From NCBI RefSeq assembly GCF_000247605.1, contig NC_016894.1, positions 1,515,732 through 1,539,731 of the forward strand: a stretch of 24,000 bases of DNA, in the 5' to 3' direction. Source of the stretch: Acetobacterium woodii DSM 1030. GTDB lineage: Bacteria; Bacillota; Clostridia; Eubacteriales; Eubacteriaceae. The position numbers were made by a program, and so were the translations under genes. This document shows positions 1 through 7,643 of the stretch, in pieces. Under the pieces are notes generated by a model. The model saw only the letters and a program-made list of their open reading frames with translations, did no database searches and was not told the DNA's origin. The stretch's first letter is position 1; every line of letters begins with the position of its first letter.

Positions 1-1191
1 AAGTCATTGGCGGAAATAACCTATACTGGCGATACCCGGTTTCAGACCCTTAATGAGGAATTTGATCGTGTTTTGGGAGGCGGGATTGTTCCTGGTGGAA
101 TGATCTTGCTGGGCGGCGACCCGGGGATTGGGAAATCGACATTATTACTGCAAACAACCGAGACCTTGGGAAATCAGGGCTACAAAATTTTATATATTTC
201 GGGGGAAGAGTCCGAACAACAACTAAAAATGCGCGGGGAACGGATGGCGGTTAAGTCAGAGAACATTTTTTTCTTATCCGAAATTAATATTCCATATCTG
301 TTGACTGTGATCTTAGAAGAACGCCCGGATATCGTGATCATCGATTCAATCCAAACCATGTACAGCCCGGATATTTCATCAGCACCGGGAAGCGTCAGTC
401 AAATTCGCGAGAATACCGGGGCCTTAATGCAACTGGCTAAAAAAGATAATATCGCCATGGTGCTGGTGGGACATGTCACCAAAGACGGAGCCATTGCCGG
501 ACCACGGGTGTTAGAGCATATGGTTGATACGGTGCTTTATTTTGAAGGTGAAAAATATCATGCCTATCGGGTTTTGCGGGGGGTTAAAAACCGTTTTGGT
601 TCGACTAATGAAATCGGTATTTTTGAAATGACCCAAAAAGGACTGCAATCGGTTGTTAATCCTTCTGAAATGATGTTGGACAGCCGACCGGAAAATACCT
701 GTGGTTCAGTTGTGGTACCTTGCCTTGAAGGAACTCGGCCGCTACTGATTGAACTTCAAGGCCTGGTGTCAGCGTCAGGATTTGGAAATCCCCGCCGTAT
801 GGCAACCGGAATGGATTATAATCGGATGGTTTTACTGATGGCGATAATGGAAAAACGACTTGGCATTCAGTTACAGTCAGTGGATGCTTATATCAACGTG
901 GTTGGCGGGATTAAGGTTGATGAACCGGCGTTAGATCTGGGGGTCATTGCGGTGCTTTATTCCAGCCTGCGCGATTTTCAGATCCCCGGCGACTTAATGA
1001 TTTTAGGGGAAGTCGGTTTAACCGGAGAAGTCCGGAATATTCAACACATTGATAAACGGCTGATTGAAGGAAAAAAACTGGGCTTTAAGCGATGTATCAT
1101 TCCCAAAGGGAATAAAAAGGGGCTGAATGTGGCGGGAATGGAAATTCTTCCAGTGGATAATATCCGCGCAGCTCTGGATATTTTGTTATAA
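1..1191 (+). CDS. radA: DNA repair protein RadA, 5'-truncated by the window edge
   Basis: Frame 1 is open from base 1 and the N-terminal zinc finger is missing. It has Walker A GDPGIGKST, the RadA-specific KNRFG motif and a C-terminal Lon-protease-like region. Stop codon at 1189-1191. Confidence 0.95.
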   Translation, partial: KSLAEITYTGDTRFQTLNEEFDRVLGGGIVPGGMILLGGDPGIGKSTLLLQTTETLGNQGYKILYISGEESEQQLKMRGERMAVKSENIFFLSEINIPYLLTVILEERPDIVIIDSIQTMYSPDISSAPGSVSQIRENTGALMQLAKKDNIAMVLVGHVTKDGAIAGPRVLEHMVDTVLYFEGEKYHAYRVLRGVKNRFGSTNEIGIFEMTQKGLQSVVNPSEMMLDSRPENTCGSVVVPCLEGTRPLLIELQGLVSASGFGNPRRMATGMDYNRMVLLMAIMEKRLGIQLQSVDAYINVVGGIKVDEPALDLGVIAVLYSSLRDFQIPGDLMILGEVGLTGEVRNIQHIDKRLIEGKKLGFKRCIIPKGNKKGLNVAGMEILPVDNIRAALDILL

Positions 1192-1271
1192 ATAACAGGC
1201 GATTGAGCGCAGTAATATTGATTCACAGCGATAAACAAAAATTTATACTATCAATTTAACTAAAAACCATG

Positions 1272-1277
1272 TATAAT
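1272..1277 (+). promoter_or_regulatory. -10 hexamer TATAAT for the candidate sRNA
   Basis: Perfect TATAAT lies 6-7 nt upstream of the first base of the long-range helix (1283). There is no good -35; TTGATT at 1218-1223 is 20 nt away. Confidence 0.4.
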
Positions 1278-1282
1278 TAAAT

Positions 1283-1457
1283 TATCCCAAAGTGTTCGTT
1301 TTACTTTATTTTTGAACCTACATCAATACTCAGGGAGTCTGATTGTTCGTTAGCAGATGTTAGGCCTCATCATTTCAGTGGAAAACAGAACCTAAAGACA
1401 AGACACCCACCTAGCTTTCGCTAGGGCGTCAAAAATGGAGTACGACACGTTGGGATA
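1283..1457 (+). ncRNA. ssrS: Structured small RNA candidate, 6S RNA-like
   Basis: Positions 1283-1315 pair with 1429-1457 in a long interrupted closing helix: tatcccaa/ttgggata, gtgt/acac, cg/cg, then tact-tt-atttttga against tcaaaaat-gg-agta. There is an internal hairpin cctagc-tttc-gctagg at 1410-1425. The region is non-coding, has its own -10 upstream and a terminator right after it. The size and rod-with-bubble layout fit 6S RNA. Confidence 0.5.
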
Positions 1458-1478
1458 GCACCTATGGGTGCTTTTTTT
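1457..1478 (+). terminator. Intrinsic terminator of the sRNA candidate
   Basis: Stem agcacc/ggtgct (6 bp) with loop tatg, followed by seven T (1472-1478). Confidence 0.7.
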
Positions 1479-1482
1479 GTGG

Positions 1483-1510
1483 TTGTATTATTTTTTCGTT
1501 TTGGTACAAT
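1483..1510 (+). promoter_or_regulatory. Putative sigma-A promoter of ruvAB-queA
   Basis: TTGTAT (1483-1488), a 16-nt spacer, then the extended -10 TGgTACAAT (1502-1510). It lies downstream of the terminator and about 35 nt before the ruvA start. Confidence 0.5.
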
Positions 1511-1544
1511 AGGTAAAGCACGTTACAATTTTGAAGGAGCGTTT

Positions 1545-2147
1545 ATGTACGAATATATGATCGGAAGCTTGGAAGAACAAGCCATAGATTATGTGGTGAT
1601 TGACTTGAACCACATGGGATACAAGGTTAAGGTATCCGCCAATACCCTTAATGAGTTGCCAAATCTGCATTCGGAGGTTAAGCTTTTTCTTCATCAGGTG
1701 ATCAAAGAAGACGAAGTCTCATTATATGGTTTTGCGACCATTGATGAACGCGAAATTTTCCGGACCATGATCGGAATTTCGGGTATTGGGCCCAAAGCCG
1801 CGATGGGGCTTTTGTCTCAGTTCAGCCGGAATGAACTGATCGGTCATATTGTCAACGATGATCCCAAAAGCATTGCCAAAGCCCCAGGAATCGGTACTAA
1901 AACCGCAAGTCGGATTATTTTAGAGCTTAAAGACCGTTACAAGGATGTCGCGGTGGCAGATTTAAAAACGATTGGGATGCGGGTAAAAGATGATAATGTT
2001 ACCCAGGCGATCAATGGACTGGTCGGGTTAGGTTATAGCGTTGCCGAAGCATCCGAAATGGTGTCCTTGGTATTTGCACCAAATAGCAGTATCGAGGATT
2101 TAATCACCGGTGCGCTCCGATCGGCCAATCCACTGAAGGGACGGTAA
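1545..2147 (+). CDS. ruvA: Holliday junction helicase subunit RuvA
   Basis: The ORF-track entry 1464-2147 is trimmed to the ATG at 1545, which has GGAG 7-8 nt upstream. The 1464 extension would overlap the terminator and promoter. It has helix-hairpin-helix GIGPK and PGIGTKTA motifs and sits next to ruvB. Confidence 0.9.
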   Translation: MYEYMIGSLEEQAIDYVVIDLNHMGYKVKVSANTLNELPNLHSEVKLFLHQVIKEDEVSLYGFATIDEREIFRTMIGISGIGPKAAMGLLSQFSRNELIGHIVNDDPKSIAKAPGIGTKTASRIILELKDRYKDVAVADLKTIGMRVKDDNVTQAINGLVGLGYSVAEASEMVSLVFAPNSSIEDLITGALRSANPLKGR

Positions 2148-2150
2148 ACA

Positions 2151-3215
2151 ATGAAAGAACGAATCATCACCTCTGATTTTACGGAATTGGATGTGGAAAT
2201 CGAAAAAAATTTAAGGCCACAAGGTCTGGACGAATATATTGGACAGCAAAAGGTAAAAAAACAAATGAGCATCTTTATCAAAGCCGCTCAGAAACGAAAT
2301 GAAAGCTTGGATCATGTGCTCCTTTACGGACCGCCGGGGCTGGGAAAAACCACCCTGGCCAATATCATTGCCAAGGAAATGGGCGTTGGGATTAAAACCA
2401 CGTCAGGCCCGGCGATTGAAAAAGCCGGGGATTTAGCCGCGATTCTGTCGAGTCTAAAGGAAGGCGATATTCTTTTTATTGATGAAATTCATCGGCTCCA
2501 ACGATCGGTAGAAGAAGTGCTGTATCCGGCGATGGAAGATTATGCCTTGGACATCATCATTGGCAAAGGGCCGGGAGCACAATCAATTCGGTTGGAATTA
2601 CCGACGTTTACTTTGATTGGGGCGACCACCCGAGTTGGTCTGTTGACCTCACCACTGAGGGATCGCTTTGGGGTGATCCAGCGGTTGGAACTTTATAACC
2701 CCGAAGATCTGGCGACGATTATCAGGCGTTCATCGGGCATTATCGGCATTGAAATGGATGATGAAGGCGCCGTCGAGTTGGCCGTCCGATCGCGGGGAAC
2801 GCCACGAATTGCCAACCGACTGCTTAAACGAGTTCGGGATTATTGTGAAATCGAAGGGCGCGGGATTATCGATCTGCAGACCACCCGTGAGGCTCTCGAT
2901 CTTTTTGAAGTGGATGCTGTTGGTCTTGATGAAATTGATCGGATTATGTTAAAAACCATCGCCGAGAAATTTGATGGCGGCCCGGTGGGGATCGACACCT
3001 TGGCGGCGGCAATCGGCGAAGAAAAAAACACCATTGAAGAGGTTTATGAGCCTTATTTGATTCAACTGGGATTTCTTTCAAAAACACCCCGGGGTCGGAT
3101 GATTACCGGTCGCGGGTATAAACATCTGGGACTGGAAACATTAATGAATAACGTCTTGGATTTGCAGCAGCTAAAAATAAATTTTTATGATAATGAGGAA
3201 GAAATCGATGAATAA
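2151..3215 (+). CDS. ruvB: Holliday junction helicase RuvB (AAA+)
   Basis: Walker [10 protein letters not shown], Walker B ILFIDEIH, sensor-region [10 protein letters not shown]. It has a short acidic C-terminal extension. Confidence 0.97.
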   Translation: MKERIITSDFTELDVEIEKNLRPQGLDEYIGQQKVKKQMSIFIKAAQKRNESLDHVLLYGPPGLGKTTLANIIAKEMGVGIKTTSGPAIEKAGDLAAILSSLKEGDILFIDEIHRLQRSVEEVLYPAMEDYALDIIIGKGPGAQSIRLELPTFTLIGATTRVGLLTSPLRDRFGVIQRLELYNPEDLATIIRRSSGIIGIEMDDEGAVELAVRSRGTPRIANRLLKRVRDYCEIEGRGIIDLQTTREALDLFEVDAVGLDEIDRIMLKTIAEKFDGGPVGIDTLAAAIGEEKNTIEEVYEPYLIQLGFLSKTPRGRMITGRGYKHLGLETLMNNVLDLQQLKINFYDNEEEIDE

Positions 3216-4233
3216 AGCGGATTTTTATTATGATCTCCCGGATGAACTGATTGCTCAATGTCCGTTGGAAAAAAGGGATAATTCCCGATTGATGGTGATT
3301 AATCGCGAGCGTCAGTCCATTGAAGACCGGAATTTTTATGACATAGTTGATTATTTAAAACCGGGCGATTTAATGGTCATGAATAACACCAAGGTGTTGC
3401 CGGGTCGATTATTTGGCACCCGTGAAGACACGGGTGGAAAAGTTGAAATCCTGTTGCTTCGACATTTGTCTGAAAAAGATTGGGAAATCATGGTTAAACC
3501 GGGAAAACGCGCCAAAGTGGGCGCCCGAATTGTTTTTAGTGAAGCACTTAAAGGTGAAATAACCGGTACGACCGAGGGCGGATTGCGGATTATCAGTTTT
3601 GAATATCAGGGCGTATTTGAAGAAATTATTGATGCGATTGGTTTGATGCCAGTTCCCCCCTATATTCATGAAACCCTAAAGGATAATAATCGCTATCAGA
3701 CGGTTTATGCTAAACGTGAAGGTTCTGCGGCGGCACCAACGGCGGGGCTTCATTTTACGCCGGATCTGATTGAAAAGATCGAAAATATGGGCGTCGAAAT
3801 AGTTGAGGTTACTTTGCATGTGGGGATTGGGACCTTCCGTCCGGTGAAATGCGAGGTAATTGAAGAACATCATATGCATGAAGAATATTATGAAGTGTCA
3901 GAAAAAACGGCCAAAGCAATTATGCGCACAAAAGCAAATGGTGGCCGGGTGATTGCCGTGGGCACAACTTCGGTCAGAACGTTGGAAAGTAACGCCAAAC
4001 TTCATGATGGGGTGGTGAGAGCTTATACCGGCATGACAGATATTTTTATCTACCCGGGTTATGAATGGGAAATAGTGGATGCGATGATTACCAATTTTCA
4101 TTTACCGGAATCAACCTTGCTGATGTTAGTCGCCGCTTTTTATAATCGGGATGCAATCATGGCCGCCTATCAAACCGCAATCGACTGGAAATATCGTTTT
4201 TTCAGTTTTGGAGACGCCTTGTTTATTGAATAA
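3208..4233 (+). CDS. queA: S-adenosylmethionine:tRNA ribosyltransferase-isomerase QueA
   Basis: Start moved to the ATG at 3208 ([17 protein letters not shown] is the typical QueA N-terminus), with GAGGAA upstream. It overlaps the ruvB stop by 8 nt. Confidence 0.93.
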   Translation: MNKADFYYDLPDELIAQCPLEKRDNSRLMVINRERQSIEDRNFYDIVDYLKPGDLMVMNNTKVLPGRLFGTREDTGGKVEILLLRHLSEKDWEIMVKPGKRAKVGARIVFSEALKGEITGTTEGGLRIISFEYQGVFEEIIDAIGLMPVPPYIHETLKDNNRYQTVYAKREGSAAAPTAGLHFTPDLIEKIENMGVEIVEVTLHVGIGTFRPVKCEVIEEHHMHEEYYEVSEKTAKAIMRTKANGGRVIAVGTTSVRTLESNAKLHDGVVRAYTGMTDIFIYPGYEWEIVDAMITNFHLPESTLLMLVAAFYNRDAIMAAYQTAIDWKYRFFSFGDALFIE

Positions 4234-4299
4234 AAACGATGATCAACAATGAGAACGCGACAATCAGGTAAGAATGATTTAATTTTTAGCAGCTAATGA

Positions 4300-5445
<1,146 letters not shown>

Positions 5446-5463
5446 GAATGAAGGAGAATAAGA

Positions 5464-5820
5464 ATGGATTTTACATTAATTCTTCCTTTGATTTTAGTAC
5501 TTGTATTTTTTTATTTCTTTATTTTAAGGCCACAAAATAAACAACAAAAAGAAGTAAAAGAAATGCGATCAAGTATGAAACCGGGGGATGAAATTGTTAC
5601 AATTGGTGGATTTTATGGGATTGTTTATGCAATTGGCGAAGAAAACGTGACCATCGAATTATTGCCTGATTACCATAAAGCATTGATAACTAAATCAGCC
5701 ATTGCCCGGATTGTTACGGTTACCGAGACCGTTGCTGAAGATGACGATGATTTTGAAGAACTGGATGAAGAAACCGTTGTCGACGCAGAATTTGAAGAAG
5801 TTGAAGAAGAAAACAAATAA
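5464..5820 (+). CDS. yajC: Preprotein translocase subunit YajC with an acidic C-terminal tail
   Basis: An N-terminal transmembrane helix followed by [10 protein letters not shown]...[12 protein letters not shown], the YajC signature. It occupies the classic tgt-yajC position. Confidence 0.92.
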   Translation: MDFTLILPLILVLVFFYFFILRPQNKQQKEVKEMRSSMKPGDEIVTIGGFYGIVYAIGEENVTIELLPDYHKALITKSAIARIVTVTETVAEDDDDFEELDEETVVDAEFEEVEEENK

Positions 5821-5847
5821 AAATTAATCTTGAAGGGAGTGAACAAT

Positions 5848-5994
5848 TTGAAACACATTAAAATCATTAAAGAAGGAAAACTCACTGACGTAAAAAACAG
5901 AGGATGTGGGGAATGTCAAACTTCCTGTCAGTCAGCGTGTAAAACTTCCTGTACCGTCGGAAATCAAAAATGCAAACAAACGACTGAAAAATAA
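5848..5994 (+). CDS. scfA: SCIFF (six-cysteine) ranthipeptide precursor, 48 aa, not in the ORF track
   Basis: TTG start with GGGAG 8 nt upstream. It translates to MKHIKIIKEGKLTDVKNRGCGECQTSCQSACKTSCTVGNQKCKQTTEK with six Cys. The core GCGECQTSCQSACKTSCTVGNQ matches the SCIFF family as I remember it. It lies immediately upstream of the cognate radical SAM maturase. Confidence 0.9.
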   Translation: MKHIKIIKEGKLTDVKNRGCGECQTSCQSACKTSCTVGNQKCKQTTEK

Positions 5995-6011
5995 TAACCA
6001 CGAGCCTGAGA

Positions 6012-6043
6012 GGGGCTGTCTCGCAAGAGATAGTCCCTTTTTT
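6012..6043 (+). terminator. Terminator/attenuator hairpin between scfA and scfB
   Basis: ggggctgtctc (6012-6022), loop gcaa, gagatagtccc (6027-6037). This is an 11-bp stem with two G-U pairs and a GNRA loop, followed by T6 (6038-6043). Confidence 0.65.
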
Positions 6044-6060
6044 CATGAAGAGGAGAAAAA

Positions 6061-7410
6061 ATGATCCATAAATATCAAAAAAACGGACTGAATATTGTTT
6101 TAGATGTCGATACCAGTACGGTATTAACGGTTGATGATCTGACCTATAACATCTTAAACCAATATGAAACAAAAACACGAGCTGAAATTATTGAATTTTA
6201 TCAGCATAAATATATGGTTGCAGAAATAAATGAATGTCTGGACGAATTAGACAAGGTAAAAAAAGAAGGGCTTTTATTCCGGGAGATCAACTATCAACGG
6301 GAAAATTATGCCAATGAAGATTTAATCAAAGCCTTATGTCTCCATGTCGCCCATGACTGTAATTTAAAATGTACCTATTGCTTTGCCGCTCAAGGCGATT
6401 TTGATGGTGAAAAACTATTGATGCCCCTCGAAGTGGGGAAAAAAGCAATTGATTTTATTATTGAACAATCCAAGAACCGGGAAAATCTGGAAATTGACTT
6501 TTTTGGCGGCGAACCGCTGATGAATCTGGATGTCGTTAAAGAACTGGTTATCTATGGCAATCAGATGGCGGTCAAAAACCATAAAAAGTTTAAATTTACA
6601 ATGACAACCAACGGTGTTTTATTAAATGCTCAAACCCGGGAATACCTCAATGAAACGATGGATAACATCGTTCTTAGCTTGGATGGACGCAAAGAAGTTA
6701 ATGATCGTATGCGTCAAACCGTTAATGACCAAGGCTCATATGATGTGATTATTGATAACATTAAAGAGATGGCCGAAATGCGGGGAAACAAAGATCATTA
6801 CGTGCGGGGAACTTATACCCATCATAATCTTGATTTTTCAAAAGACGTACAATTTTTGGCAAAACAGGGATTTACGAGTATTTCAGTGGAACCGGTAGTT
6901 GCCGAGGCCAGTCACGATTATGCGCTGACAGAAGCAGATTTACCAACCATTATCGACGAATATGACGCGCTCGCGTTAACTTATTTAAAACGGCATCAAG
7001 AAGATCTTAACTATAACTTTTTTCATTTTAATGTAGATCTTGATCATGGACCTTGTGTTTACAAACGTTTATCAGGTTGTGGGGCCGGTAAAGATTATGT
7101 GGCGGTTACCCCGGAAGGCGATATCTATCCCTGCCATCAATTTGTCGGGAATGAAGCTTTCAAAATGGGTGATGTCAATAGCGGCATTACCAATGGGGAG
7201 ATCAAGAAGATTTTTGACGCCGGCAACCTGATGGAGAAAGAAGCCTGTCAAACGTGTTGGGCTAAATATTTCTGCGGCGGCGGTTGTCATGCCAATGCTT
7301 ATAATTTTAACGGAACGATTATGAAACCCCATTTTGTCAGCTGTGAAATTGAACGTTGCCGGGTCGAAAATGCGATTATGATTTCAATTATTGAAGGCGA
7401 ACAGGCGTAA
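6061..7410 (+). CDS. scfB: Radical SAM/SPASM thioether-forming SCIFF peptide maturase
   Basis: CNLKCTYC (Cx3Cx2C, 6358-6381). C-terminal auxiliary-cluster cysteines are CGAGKD...PCHQF, CQTCWAKYFCGGGCHANAY and CEIERC. About 80 aa of N-terminal region precede the SAM core, which would fit a peptide-recognition domain. RBS GAGGAG upstream. Confidence 0.93.
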   Translation: MIHKYQKNGLNIVLDVDTSTVLTVDDLTYNILNQYETKTRAEIIEFYQHKYMVAEINECLDELDKVKKEGLLFREINYQRENYANEDLIKALCLHVAHDCNLKCTYCFAAQGDFDGEKLLMPLEVGKKAIDFIIEQSKNRENLEIDFFGGEPLMNLDVVKELVIYGNQMAVKNHKKFKFTMTTNGVLLNAQTREYLNETMDNIVLSLDGRKEVNDRMRQTVNDQGSYDVIIDNIKEMAEMRGNKDHYVRGTYTHHNLDFSKDVQFLAKQGFTSISVEPVVAEASHDYALTEADLPTIIDEYDALALTYLKRHQEDLNYNFFHFNVDLDHGPCVYKRLSGCGAGKDYVAVTPEGDIYPCHQFVGNEAFKMGDVNSGITNGEIKKIFDAGNLMEKEACQTCWAKYFCGGGCHANAYNFNGTIMKPHFVSCEIERCRVENAIMISIIEGEQA

Positions 7411-7480
7411 AATTTGGGAATAAGTGTGAGCGATCAATAATAAATGAGTAGCGGTCGCGAAAGGAATGTCTCATGGAGTT

Positions 7481-7509
7481 TTGACAAGAATAGATATTTG
7501 TGGTAGATT
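7481..7509 (+). promoter_or_regulatory. Strong sigma-A-type promoter of rho
   Basis: TTGACA (7481-7486), a 17-nt spacer, then TGgTAGATT (TG at 7501-7502, -10 at 7504-7509). Confidence 0.6.
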
Positions 7510-7526
7510 AAGATATCTACAAATAT
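7494..7526. promoter_or_regulatory. Imperfect inverted repeat overlapping the rho -10 and predicted start site (candidate operator)
   Basis: atattt-gtg-gtagat (7494-7508), spacer taagat, atctac-aaatat (7515-7526). Related ATATCTA/TAGATAT half-sites recur at 7491, 7513 and 7541. A perfect 10-nt palindrome agatatatct lies at 7537-7546. Confidence 0.3.
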
Positions 7527-7643
7527 AAAAATTCTCAGATATATCTACATTGATTACAAAAATCAATAAATACTTTAACATTAGAATTCTATTTAAATCA
7601 TCAAAACCACCCAAAACATTTAACTATCCATGGAGGCATAAAT

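Noticed and set aside
1283-1478. A riboswitch or leader (for example preQ1) controlling ruvAB-queA-tgt
   Set aside because: I could not see a preQ1-type motif. The end-to-end pairing of the RNA suits a stand-alone sRNA. A separate promoter-like element (1483-1510) follows the terminator. This remains a formal alternative until an Rfam scan is run.
1464-1544. N-terminal 27-aa extension of the RuvA ORF (track start 1464)
   Set aside because: The extension is translated from the terminator T-tract and the ruvA promoter. The conserved RuvA N-terminus and a GGAG RBS point to the ATG at 1545.
3187-3207. Upstream start extensions in the track for queA (3187), rpmE (9483), the Asp23-like gene (11730) and the TsaD-like gene (12544)
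   Set aside because: Downstream starts fit the conserved N-termini and have properly spaced RBSs. The extended starts lie within the preceding gene or within the RBS itself.
5882-6178. 98-aa ORF on the - strand listed in the track
   Set aside because: It runs antisense to the SCIFF precursor, the inter-gene hairpin and the scfB start. It has no RBS and an odd composition, and the + strand explains the region fully.
7444-7506. 20-codon ORF (MSSGRERNVSWSFDKNRYLW) in the scfB-rho gap
   Set aside because: It has no RBS, runs through the rho promoter elements, and has no recognisable peptide features.
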